Positions 23,501 through 29,361 of a stretch of 64,000 nucleotides of DNA are shown here, in pieces. Made by a program: the position numbers and the translations under genes. Positions within the stretch are counted from its first letter, which is position 1. Each line of letters opens with the position of its first letter. A model generated the notes under the pieces. It had not been told where the DNA came from, made no database searches, and was given only the letters and a program-made list of their open reading frames with translations. The stretch is from assembly GCF_055900595.2 (NCBI RefSeq), contig NZ_CM148325.1. One strand, written 5' to 3'.

Positions 23501-26500
23501 TGTTGCCGTTTTGATTGGTGACCGAGGCGCTCACCGTTAAATCACCATTACCCAGCGCCTGAATATCCGCCGCCGGAACGCTCACGCTCCAGCTTAAACC
23601 GGCCTGCACGGTGGTGCTGTAAGTATTACCGCCCAGCGTAACGGTTACCGTGTCGCCAACGGCGGCTCCAGTCACCTGCCCGCTGATGGTTTGCGCAGCC
23701 CCCGCTTCGGCGGCGTTAATAATATCGTCGGTTGCCACCGGGTTAATAGTCACGCCGGGCAGCGCGCTGTCGACCAGCACGTTATGGCTGGCGGTGGCGC
23801 TGTTGCCGATATCGCTGGTCACCGCCGCCGTTACCGTATAGTTGGCCTGGCCCAGTGCGGTTACCGCCGATGCCGGAACGGTGACGCTCCAGTTACCGGA
23901 GGCGTCGGTCGTGGTGGTGTAATTTTGCCCGTTCAGCGTCACTGTGATGGCGGTATTAACAGGCTGATCGCTGGTGCCGGTAATTTGAACATCGGCCCCT
24001 TTTTCGCTGGCGTTAATCACATCATCGCCCGCAATGGTGTTAATGCCAATCACCGGCGCGGCGGTATCAACCGTGACGGTCAGTGACTGGCTACCCGTAT
24101 TTCCGGCGCGATCAGTCACTGAAACGTTGATCGGATAACTGCCGTCCACCAGTCCGCTGACAACGGAGGCCGGAACGCCCAGACTCCAGTTGCCGGAAGC
24201 ATCCACCACCGTGGTGTAATCCACATCATTCAGCGTAACGGTGACAATATCGCCCGCCTGCGCGCCGGTGACCGTGCCGCTGATGATTTGCGCCTGGGTA
24301 TGTTCCGGCGTGTTAATGACGTTATCGGTTGCCACCGGATTAATGGTCACCACCGGCGGCGTGGCATCGACCAGCGCCACCCGTGAGACGCTGGTCGGAT
24401 TACCCGCGACATCGTTCACGCTCGCGGTCACCGTGGCGTTGCCGTCAGCCAGTGCGCCAACGTTGGCGGCGGGAACGGTCACGCTCCAGGAGCCAACTGA
24501 CTGCACGACGCCCTGATAGGTCTGCCCATTAAGCGTGACGGTCACCGTCTGCCCCGGCTGAGCGTCGGTGGTGCCAGTGATTTGCAGATCCTGACCACTT
24601 TCGGCGGCGTTAATGATGTTATCAGCCGTCAGCGAGTCGATGCTTAAAGCCGGAGCCAGGCTGTCGACGGTAATGGTGCGGGAGGTGTCGCCTGTGTTAC
24701 CGCTGATATTAGTAACGGTCGCAGTGATTTCCGTCGCACCGTCTGCCTGGCTACTCACCGCGCTGGCGGGAACGGTCAGGCTCCAGCCGCCACCTGCCTG
24801 AACGGTAGTGGTAAAGGTCTGCCCGGCGAATTTCACTACTACGGTTTGCCCGGTTTCCACCAGCTGCGTGGTACCGGTCAGCGTCAATGGCGCGCCTTTT
24901 TCTGCGGCATTGATAATGTCATCGCCGGAGACGGTATTGATGGTAATAAGCACCGCGCCCGGATTAACCTCCACGTTGCGATCGATAGTAACCGGGTTCC
25001 CGGCGGGGTCCGTTGCGCTGGCATTAACCACTATCGTACCCGGCGTCAGTGCCTGTAGATCTGCCGCAGGCACGCCTACCTGCCAGTTGCCGTTGCTGTC
25101 GGTCACCCCCTGGTAGGTGTTGCCGCCGAGCAAAACAGTGACCACTCTTCCGGCGGACAAATTAGTACTGCTACCGGTGATAATCAGGTTTTGCTGCTGC
25201 TCAACGGCATTGATCACATCATCGCCCGCGATGGTGTCAATGCGCAGCCCCGGCAGCCCGGCGCTGATGGTGATATCAAGCGCACTGCTACCCGTATTGC
25301 CATGTACGGTAGTAACCGAAGCATTAATGGTTAACGCACCATCGCCCAGCGCCTGTAAATCTGCCGCCGGAACGTTCACGCTCCAGGTGAGATTGCTGCC
25401 CACCGTCGCCGTGTAAGTATTGCCGCCCAGTTCAATAGTGACCGTATCGCCCTGCGCGGCGCCCACGACGACGCCACTCAGGGTTTGATCTGCTCCCGCT
25501 TCGGCGTTGTTGACAATGTTGTCGCCCGCAAAGGTGTTGATGATCACCTGCGGCAGCACCGTATCGACCAGCAAATTGCTCTGCGCGGTGCCAGTGTTGC
25601 CGGTCACATCGGTGGCGCTGGCAGTGACGGTGTAATTGGTGTTCGCAAGATTAACAACATCACTCACCGGAACGCTCAGCGACCAGACGCCGCCGCTGAC
25701 CTGAGCGCTATACGTGACATTATTCAACGTCACGCTAACTGTACCGCCATCGGGCAAATTGCTGGTGCCGCTTAACGTTAGCGGCTGCTGAGACTCCAAC
25801 GCATTCAGTACGTTATCTCCGCTGATAGCATCTATCGCGACTTGCGGCGCGACGCCCGCCAGGGTGATGTTATGAGTCGCTGTACCGGTATTTCCGGCGG
25901 CATCGGTCACCGTGACGATAATATCGTTAGGGCCACGCGCTAGAGTGCGAGTTACCGCCGGATCAAGCGCCACATTCCAGCTACCGTCTGCCTGCACCAC
26001 GCCGGACAGAACTGTGGCGCCTAACTTGACGGTGACCGTGTCGCCAGGGGAAGCCCCACTGACCCGCCCGGAAATAATCTGCGCCACAATCTGTTCGGCG
26101 GTATTAAGAATATCGTCACCCGCAACGGTGTTAACGCTGACCACTGGCGCACCGGTGTCTACTGTGAAATTTACGCTGTTGCTGGTGGTGTTTCCTGCCC
26201 GGTCGCTGACGCTGGCATTTATGGCGTAGTCGCCATCTGCCAGCGCCTGCACTTCTGCGGCAGGCAGCGTCACTTGCCAGGTTCCGTCACTACCGACAGT
26301 TGCTGTGTGGCTTTTCCCGTTAACGGTCAGTGTTACGGTTTGCCCGGCTTCTGCGTTCGAAGTGCCGCTCACTACCAGCGAGGCATTATGTTCTGAGGCG
26401 CTGACAATGTTGTCCTGAGCGATGGTGTTGATTGCAAGTGTTGGCGGCTGGGTATCGACCGTTAGCAGCTGCGCTCCGGTGACCGTATTGCCCGTGGCAT

Positions 26501-27560
26501 CTTTCCCACTGACCAGCACCGCCTGATTGCCTTCGCCTAATGTCTGGGCGTCGGCGGTCGGCACCTGCACGCTCCACGCGCCGTTAGCGCCTACGCTGGT
26601 GGTGTAAGTTTTGCCGTTTAGCGTGACGGTGAGTTCCGTTCCCTGTGCCAGATGGCTACTGGTGCCAGAAAGGGTAAACCCGGCGGCCTGTTCGCTGGCG
26701 TTAATGATGTTATCGCCTGCGGTGGTGGCGAGCTGTACGGCGGCCTGACTATTGTCGATGGTTAACGTTATCGACCCGGCGTTGGTAATGGTGCTGCCGA
26801 CGATTTGCACCACTGACCAGGTATGTTCGCCCGCGCTTTGTGTGGGCAAATCGACGCTCCAGCGTCCATCGCTACCGACCTGGGTACTGGCGATGGTGTC
26901 ACCATTGCTGTCTTTAATCTGGATGGTCGCCCCCGCCTGTCCGCTGCCGCTAAAGGTTGGCGTAGTGTCATCGGTGATATCGTTGGCGGAAAGAATACCG
27001 CGTTGATCGCCCTGATTATCGGTTACCAAAAACGATGGAGTGGCATTGCCGGGTTCGGCTGGCGGAGGGTTGTTAACCACTTCAGTTTTTGAGTCATCAT
27101 CACCACCGCTTGCCAGTAAAGCGCCAAGCGCGCCACCACCTACCGCGGCACCCGCTAACCATCCCCACGGGAAGGCACTGGTCTGAGCGACGGTATCAAG
27201 ATACGGCGCAATGCTTTCAATTGCGGTAGTCTGAGCGGTCAGCTCCACGGGCGCTAATCCACCCGCCGCGGTATCGGCAAAGGTGACATGAGTCAGCTGT
27301 TGCCCATCGGCAAACACCAGTTCGGATTGCTCGCTGGTATTTGCCGCTTGCAGGAAATAACCATTACAGCGGATCACCGTGCCGTCCTGCATATAAATCA
27401 GCAGATCGTTTCCATCGCGCACATAACGCGCAACGGCAGAGGCCTGAGCATGAACCTGCACCACGGAGGGCTCATAAATGACAACCGTAACGTCGCCAGG
27501 ATTAATCAGCGTTTGTTTGACGGATGTTTTTCGCGAAATAACATCAATAATCAGGCTCAT
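8583..27560 (-). CDS. giant T1SS-secreted adhesin (6,325 aa): LapA-like N-terminal module, ~45-50 Ig-like repeats, FG-GAP-like calcium-binding repeats, RTX-type GG repeats and C-terminal secretion signal
   Basis: single 18,978-nt ORF; ~100-aa repeats each with the ...INT(V/I)AGDD(I/V)INAAE... core; DFDGDGDMD / DWDHDGLMD / DYDWDGAVD motifs; GGNDTLNIGNGGHDTL near C-terminus; flanked by T1SS genes. Confidence 0.9.
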   Translation of the reverse strand: MSLIIDVISRKTSVKQTLINPGDVTVVIYEPSVVQVHAQASAVARYVRDGNDLLIYMQDGTVIRCNGYFLQAANTSEQSELVFADGQQLTHVTFADTAAGGLAPVELTAQTTAIESIAPYLDTVAQTSAFPWGWLAGAAVGGGALGALLASGGDDDSKTEVVNNPPPAEPGNATPSFLVTDNQGDQRGILSANDITDDTTPTFSGSGQAGATIQIKDSNGDTIASTQVGSDGRWSVDLPTQSAGEHTWSVVQIVGSTITNAGSITLTIDNSQAAVQLATTAGDNIINASEQAAGFTLSGTSSHLAQGTELTVTLNGKTYTTSVGANGAWSVQVPTADAQTLGEGNQAVLVSGKDATGNTVTGAQLLTVDTQPPTLAINTIAQDNIVSASEHNASLVVSGTSNAEAGQTVTLTVNGKSHTATVGSDGTWQVTLPAAEVQALADGDYAINASVSDRAGNTTSNSVNFTVDTGAPVVSVNTVAGDDILNTAEQIVAQIISGRVSGASPGDTVTVKLGATVLSGVVQADGSWNVALDPAVTRTLARGPNDIIVTVTDAAGNTGTATHNITLAGVAPQVAIDAISGDNVLNALESQQPLTLSGTSNLPDGGTVSVTLNNVTYSAQVSGGVWSLSVPVSDVVNLANTNYTVTASATDVTGNTGTAQSNLLVDTVLPQVIINTFAGDNIVNNAEAGADQTLSGVVVGAAQGDTVTIELGGNTYTATVGSNLTWSVNVPAADLQALGDGALTINASVTTVHGNTGSSALDITISAGLPGLRIDTIAGDDVINAVEQQQNLIITGSSTNLSAGRVVTVLLGGNTYQGVTDSNGNWQVGVPAADLQALTPGTIVVNASATDPAGNPVTIDRNVEVNPGAVLITINTVSGDDIINAAEKGAPLTLTGTTQLVETGQTVVVKFAGQTFTTTVQAGGGWSLTVPASAVSSQADGATEITATVTNISGNTGDTSRTITVDSLAPALSIDSLTADNIINAAESGQDLQITGTTDAQPGQTVTVTLNGQTYQGVVQSVGSWSVTVPAANVGALADGNATVTASVNDVAGNPTSVSRVALVDATPPVVTINPVATDNVINTPEHTQAQIISGTVTGAQAGDIVTVTLNDVDYTTVVDASGNWSLGVPASVVSGLVDGSYPINVSVTDRAGNTGSQSLTVTVDTAAPVIGINTIAGDDVINASEKGADVQITGTSDQPVNTAITVTLNGQNYTTTTDASGNWSVTVPASAVTALGQANYTVTAAVTSDIGNSATASHNVLVDSALPGVTINPVATDDIINAAEAGAAQTISGQVTGAAVGDTVTVTLGGNTYSTTVQAGLSWSVSVPAADIQALGNGDLTVSASVTNQNGNTGSGTRDITIDANLPGLRVDTVAGDDVVNIIEHGQALVVTGSSSGLAEGTPLTVTINNVEYTTAVQVDGSWSVGVTAAQVSAWPAGTVSIAVSGESSAGNPVSITHPVTVDLTPAAITINTIATDDVINAAEKGADLTLSGTTTNVEPGQTVTVNFGGKNYTASVASDGSWTATVPAADLAALPEGSASAQASVSNINGNSASAVHNYSVDSSAPTIIINTVASDNIVNASEADAGVTVSGSTTAEAGQIVTVTLNSPTVQTYQATVQADGSWSITIPAADLEALTDGSHTLTATVNDKAGNPASTTHNLAVDLTVPVLTINTIAGDDIINAAEHGQALVISGSSTGGEAGDIVSVTLNNKTYTTTLDASGNWSVGVPAADVSALGSGPQTVTATVTDVAGNSDNETHTVTVNLTAPTIGINPIASDDVINATEKGADLQISGTSNQPTGTTITVTLNGQNYSATTDAAGNWSTTVPASAVGALGDASYTVTANVTDSAGNSNSASHNVQVNTALPGVTINPVATDDIINAAESGVAQTISGQVTGAAAGDTVTVAIGGKTYTATVQGNFSWSVDVPAADIQAIGNGELTVNASVTNGVGNTGSGSRDIVIDANLPGLRVDTVAGDDVVNSIEHAQALVITGSSSGLAAGAALTVVINTVTYAATVLADGTWSVGVPAADVGNWPAGTVDITVSGTNTAGTTSTITHPVTVDLAAVAISINTVSGDDVINAAEKGAELTLSGSTSGVEAGQTVTVTFGGKTYIATVAGDGSWTTTLPTADLSALRDGDATVQASVSNINGNTASATHAYSVDATAPTLAINTIATDDILNAAEAGNPLTISGTSTAEAGQTVTVTLNGVAYIGTVQAGGSWSVSVPTADLSNLTASPYTVSASVSDKAGNPATATHGLAVDLTVPVLTINTVSGDDIINAAEHGQALVISGSSTGGEAGDVITITLNSKTYTTTLDASGNWSVGVPAADVTALGSGPQTITAAITDAAGNSDDASRTVTVNLTSPTIGINTIATDDVINATEKGADLQITGTSNQPAGTTITVTLNGQNYTATTDSSGNWSATVPASAASALGEANYTVTASVTDTAGNSNSVSHNVLVNSALPGVTINAVATDDIINAAEAGSVQTISGQVTGAAAGDTVTVTLGGNTYTATVQANLSWSVSVPAADIQALGNGDLTVNASVTNVVGNSGSGSRDITIDANLPGLRVDTVAGDDVINSIEHNQALVITGSSTGLTAGTALTVVINNVTYAATVLADGTWNLGVPAADVSNWPAGTVDITVSGTNSAGTTSTITHPVTVDLAAVAITINTLSGDDVINAVEKGETLVVSGSTSGVEAGQTVTVTFGGKNYTTTVEANGSWTVNVPPADLAALPDGAGNVQASVSNINGNSAQADRAYSVDATAPLVTINTIASDDILNVSEAGAGITISGTTTAQAGQTLTVTLNNNTYQTTVQADGTWSVNVPATDLSGLTASSYTVTATVSDKAGNPASADHALAVDVTAPDLTINTVAGDDIINAIEHGQALVVSGTSTGAAAGDVVTVNLNGKNYTTTLDASGNWSVGIPAADVTALATGSQTITASLSDRAGNSDSTTHDVTVDLSGPTLTINTVSGDDIINNTEKTQDLIISGVSSGLAAGTTVTVMLNGLAYSATTDGSGNWSVTVPASAVGALGEAVYQISASATDSAGNNGSTTHTVNVESLLPGVIINTVAGDDIINAAEIAVNQTLSGQVTGTAAAGDSVTVTLGGNQYIATVQPDLSWSVSVPAADLQALGNSELTISASVTNSANNTGTATHDIVIDANLPGLRVDTVAGDDVINSIEYTQALVVTGSSTGLAAGAALTVVINSVTYGATVLADGTWSVGVPAADVANWPTGTVNIAVSGTNTAGTTTSISHPVTVNLAAVAITINTLSTDDVINAAEKGTDLQLSGTTSGVEAGQTITVIFGGKSYTTTVAADNTWGLTIPAADLATLPDGAANIQASVSNVAGNNAQATHVYSVDATAPSVTINTIASDDILNAAEAGSALTISGTSTAEAGQTVTVTLNGINYSGNVQADGSWSVSVPTGDLADLTASPYTVSAAVSDKAGNPTSATHNLTVDLAAPVVTINTVAGDDIINATEHAQAQIISGSATGATTGNTVSVTIGTTTYTTVLDANGNWSIGVPASVISALAQGDVTITATVTDSAGNSGTASHTVSVALGAPILAINTIAVDDIINATEKGADLSISGTSNQPAGTQVTVTLNGQNYTTTADASGNWSVTVPASAVGTLGEATYTVTAAATDVDGNSGSASHNVQVNTALPGVTINVVATDDIINAAEAGATQTISGQVTRAAAGDTVTVTLGGATYTATVQADLSWSVDVPASALQALGNGELSISASVTNSVGNTGNGTREITIDANLPGLRVDTVAGDDVVNIIEHGQALVITGSSSGLAVGSNVTLTINGQTYVAAVLADGTWSVGVPAVDVSAWPAGAVTITASGSTTAGNSVSVTHPVTVDLSAVAVSINAITTDDVINAAEKGAALTLSGSTSGVEAGQTVTVTFGGKTYTASVAANGSWSTTVPAADMAALRDGDASAQASVSNVNGNSATTTHAYSVDATAPTVTINTIAGDDILNAAEAGAALTITGSSTAEAGQTVTVTLNGANYTGTVQTDGSWSISVPPADLSALTASNYTVSAAVSDKAGNPTSVNHNLTVDTSVPVVTINTVAGDDVINATEHAQAQIISGSATGAATGNTVTVTIGTNTFTTVLDASGNWSVGVPASVVSALANGTVTINASVTDAAGNSGNASHQVTVNTGLPTITFNAISSDNVLNADEKGQPLTISGSSTGLATGAQVTVTLNGHNYSATTDAAGNWTLTVPVSDLAALGQANYTVSASATSAAGNTASSQANLLVDSGLPGVTINTVADDDIINAAEAGADQTISGGVTRAAAGDTVTVTLGGNTYTATVQGNLSWSVSVPAADLQALGNGDLTITASVTNANGNTGSGTRDITIDANLPGLRVDTVAGDDIVNSIEHGQALVITGGSSGLNAGAVLTVTINSVAYSTTVQADGSWSVGIPAANVSAWPAGALTVDVTGQSSAGNPVSVSHPFTVDLTAVAISINTVASDDVINAAEAGSALTLSGTGTNFAAGTVVTVLLNGKGYSATIQSNGSWSVNVPAADVAALADGTSYTVSASAQDSAGNSATASRSVAVDLTAPIISINTVSTDDRLNAAEQQQPLTLNGSTSAEVGQTVTVTFGGKTYTATVAANGTWALNVPAADLASLGQGAQTITASVNDRAGNPGQTTHALTVDTVAPTVTIATVAGDDIINNAEQLAGQTISGTTTAEAGQTVSVTFNGQNWTATVGSGGSWSVFIPAQQFAGLSDGSYTISATVSDQAGNPGSASRGVTLNGDVPTVTINTLAGDDVVNAAEHGASLVISGTTTAPVGQTLTLTLNGKTYTTTVQTGGSWSYTLGSADVTALADGNAYVINASVSNAIGNIGSSNHTITVDLSAPAMGINIDSLQADTGLSASDFITSVSPVVVNGSLTAALASNETAQISIDGGVTWSTLTVTGTTWRYNDSRTLTDGNYLYQVRVIDAAGNVGATDSQNVVIDTTAPDPAVKTIAISAITTDTGLITNDFVTSDTTLAVSGTLGSALSAGEFAQISIDGGTTWQNLAVNGLTWTYLDGRTLTDGNYNYQVRVIDTAGNIGATASQIVTVDTTAPLASKTIVIAGISDDTGLSSSDFVTRDTTLTVRGTLGAALAADERAQISLDGGVTWATLTVIGTSWSYADGRTLTDGTWNYTVRVVDLAGNVGQTATQNVVVDTISPEAAKSITITGISDDTGASSSDFITSDTTLTVRGVLGAALGANEFAQISTDNGATWVNVTVAADGLNWTYVDGRTLTNGTTTWQVRVVDLAGNVGATGSQSAQIDTVNPAQVLTIASISTDTGSSATDFITSDTTLTLTGSLGAGLASGEVAQISLDGGATWTTLTTNGTQWTYTDSRTLTDGSYVYQVRVLDLAGNTGPVVSKTVVVDTINPTATPTIVSYTDDVGQRQGTFSNSQATDDTTPLLNGVLSAPLASGEVVYLYRNGLLLGAVTMVGALNWTYSDSGLVSGAYTYSARVVDLAGNITSSSDFVLTVDTSIPTTLAQITNQTTRDTTPIISGVLTAALASGQYVEVVINGKTYTSQPGGAVVVDPAHNTWYVQLPDTDALAASATAYNVTAQVKSSAGNGNTANVSTGTVTVNAAIDYTPTWTTTSKSTAWGLTYGLDNHGMWTVLANQQIMQSTDPLTWSKTALTLVQSGNNYATSSIADYNRNGTGDLFITRDDYGTGYINGFTNNGDGTFSSAIQVNVGTLTWYGSIVAFDKEGDGYLDFWIGDAGGPDSNTFLWNNAGTLTGNSTTANNGGSATVGGAVTGYLSLNEGSGVDLNNDGRIDLVQHTFNLNNNFTLSSLISQGNGTFVWGQNTVNTFLSSPGSGGNSTSVSMTWADFDGDGDMDLFLPASQGRANYGSLLFNTNGVLGSPVAVGATATTYASQFSLAVDWDHDGLMDIARIAQTGQSYLYTNVSNASNWTQSALGGSQSGTTSGVAAMDYDWDGAVDVLVTKQSGSVFLIRNTNTVSYGTSLHLRITDPNGINVYYGNTVKLYNSAGVLVATQIINPQSGMGVNDTSALVNFYGLNAGETYNAVLIKSTGTTASNIDQTVNTSWGGLQATDATHAYDLSAEAGTASNNGKFVGTGYNDTFFATAGTDTYDGSGGWVYSSGTGTWLANGGMDVVDFRLSTVGVTANLSVTTAQATGFNTSTFTNIEGISGSNFNDTLTGSSGDNQLEGRGGNDTLNIGNGGHDTLLYKLLNASDAAGGNGSDVVNGFTVGTWEGTADTDRIDIRELLQGSGYTGNGKASYVNGVATLDAQAGNIGDFVKVTQSGSDTIVQIDRDGTGGGFATTNMVTLTGVHTDLATLLANHQLMVV

Positions 27561-27668
27561 AATGGCATTCCTGATAAATGGCGCATATCCTTAGCGAGTC
27601 CATTTATCTAAATAAGACAAAGGTAATCACTTAACAACGATGCATACCTGATATTAATAATGGCAGGA

Positions 27669-29024
27669 TTATTTTAAGTCGGGTAAGTCGTTGTATAAGC
27701 CCTGTTTAATTCCCGCTAATGGAATAAGGTTATTCACCGCAGCGGCATAATTTACGGCGGCGACCCAGCCATCATAATTGGCATTTATTTCAGCCGATTG
27801 CGCCTGAAAAACATCTTGCTCGACGGTTAATAGATCATTCAGGCTTCGGTTACCCAATTTATATTCATTTTGATAAACATCCCGCGTTCTGTGCGCACTT
27901 TCGGATTGCGCTAAACCGGCCTCTTCACGTCCCCGTGCCCCAGTCCAGTTGGCATACGCCACCGACGCCCGTTGCATAACATCTAATTTCGCCTGCTCAA
28001 CCTGCGAGGCAGAGATTTTTTGTTGCCCTTCGGCCTGTTGCACCTGGGCTGAAACCGCGCCGCCCTGATACAACGGCGCGTTGACGTTCAGTTGTAACTG
28101 GTCATCCCAGTACGAGCGGTCGCTGGTCTGGTAGCGCGTTTTGCCGCCCTGAATACTGAGCGTCGGCCAGTATTGCGATTTGGTTTTTTCCACACCGTAC
28201 TGAGCAGACTGACGTAAGTTTTCTGCCGCCAGAACCAGCGGTATGGACTGGTAATCAATATTTTTTAGCGACACTGGCTGCTCGGCTAATTCAGCAGGTG
28301 GCGCGGCTATCCTCTCCGGCTGTACACCAGTGAGCACCGCCAGTTGCGCTTTGGCGCTTGCCATTTGCGCCTGGTATTGCTCCAGCGTCGAGCGCATTGC
28401 CGCTATACGCGTCTGTGCCTGTAATTCATCGGATGATGAGTTAAGCCCGGCGTTGGCGCGCAGTGCCGCCATGTTGTAGACATTTTCCAGAGAGTGAATA
28501 TTACGCTGCGCAGCGTCGCACAACGCCTGATATCGGCTCACTTCCATATAGGTCGTCGCCGTTTTTTCGGCTACGTCAGTTAAGGTTGCCATCAGTTTAA
28601 AGCGGTAGCTGTCACGAGCGGCGGTTTGTAGTTTGATATCGTTATCTGTTTTACCGAAGTCATACACCAGCTGCGTCAGGGTTATGCCATAAGAGACGTT
28701 GTTATCCAGCCTGCCGCTGGAGTCCGTTTGCCGGGACGGCCCCGCGTTGCCGGTTAATCCAACGTGTGGATACCAGGCACTTTTGGCTTCATCGATTTGC
28801 GCTTCGCCAATACCTATCTGCGCCGCCTGTTGAGTGACGTCGGGATTTCGCGCAAAGGCGCGTAATATACTTTCCTGTAAAGATAATCGGGCAACTGGCG
28901 TTACCGCTGGGGCGTTCGCCCATTGTGGCAGCGGTGCAGCAATTGTAGCTTCTCCCATCACCATAAAACTTATTAAAAAAATAAGTCCATTATTTTTACG
29001 GTTTTTAAACTGGAATCGCGCCAT
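27669..29024 (-). CDS. TolC-family outer membrane channel of the type I secretion system
   Basis: 451 aa with signal peptide and two repeated coiled-coil/beta halves typical of outer membrane efflux proteins; first gene of the OMP-adhesin-ABC-MFP cluster. Confidence 0.85.
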   Translation of the reverse strand: MARFQFKNRKNNGLIFLISFMVMGEATIAAPLPQWANAPAVTPVARLSLQESILRAFARNPDVTQQAAQIGIGEAQIDEAKSAWYPHVGLTGNAGPSRQTDSSGRLDNNVSYGITLTQLVYDFGKTDNDIKLQTAARDSYRFKLMATLTDVAEKTATTYMEVSRYQALCDAAQRNIHSLENVYNMAALRANAGLNSSSDELQAQTRIAAMRSTLEQYQAQMASAKAQLAVLTGVQPERIAAPPAELAEQPVSLKNIDYQSIPLVLAAENLRQSAQYGVEKTKSQYWPTLSIQGGKTRYQTSDRSYWDDQLQLNVNAPLYQGGAVSAQVQQAEGQQKISASQVEQAKLDVMQRASVAYANWTGARGREEAGLAQSESAHRTRDVYQNEYKLGNRSLNDLLTVEQDVFQAQSAEINANYDGWVAAVNYAAAVNNLIPLAGIKQGLYNDLPDLK

Positions 29025-29327
29025 AGATAAGTCACTTCCTTCCAGGTCATTATTTTAACTGGTTTTTATAACCAGTCTCATTTTATTAAGAAGGGTAATA
29101 ACTTGTGCACCTCTTTTGTCGAACATTGAGATTGGAAAAGAAATGCAGTTAAAAAGCTTATACGTTATTTATTTAGAATACACTACGACTTTTAGATTAC
29201 CATCATACGCATTAAGAATAATCCACAGCAATAAGTGATTAGTATCACAGATTTATCGCGTATATATCATTTTTTTGTGACTTATTTATTAAAGGAATAA
29301 GAAAGGAAATTTGAATTAAAGACAAAG

Positions 29328-29350
29328 GCGCAGTACAGAAAGTACTGCGC
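29328..29350 (-). terminator. putative terminator hairpin downstream of ybaT
   Basis: perfect 9-bp inverted repeat gcgcagtac-agaaa-gtactgcgc just 3' of the ybaT stop. Confidence 0.45.
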
Positions 29351-29361
29351 GCAGAGAGGTT

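Larger units (their letters stand above)
5245..29024 (-). other. accessory type I secretion adhesin locus inserted between cueR and ybaT (relative to E. coli K-12 gene order recalled from memory)
   Basis: four co-directional, tightly packed genes; AT-rich putative promoter region 29025-29320. Confidence 0.8.

Noticed and set aside
8583-27560. Possible CRISPR array or tandem-repeat locus suggested by the strong periodicity
   Set aside because: The repeats are ~300-bp and ~1.8-kb units inside a coding frame (Ig-like domains), with no short direct repeats separated by unique spacers.
8631-27611. Dozens of ORFs of 60-280 aa on the plus strand across the adhesin gene (for example 10593..11219, 16593..17270, 21600..22430)
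   Set aside because: They lie antisense to one continuous 18,978-nt repeat-rich reading frame and translate to Arg/Gly/Ala-rich low-complexity sequence; they are shadow ORFs, not genes.
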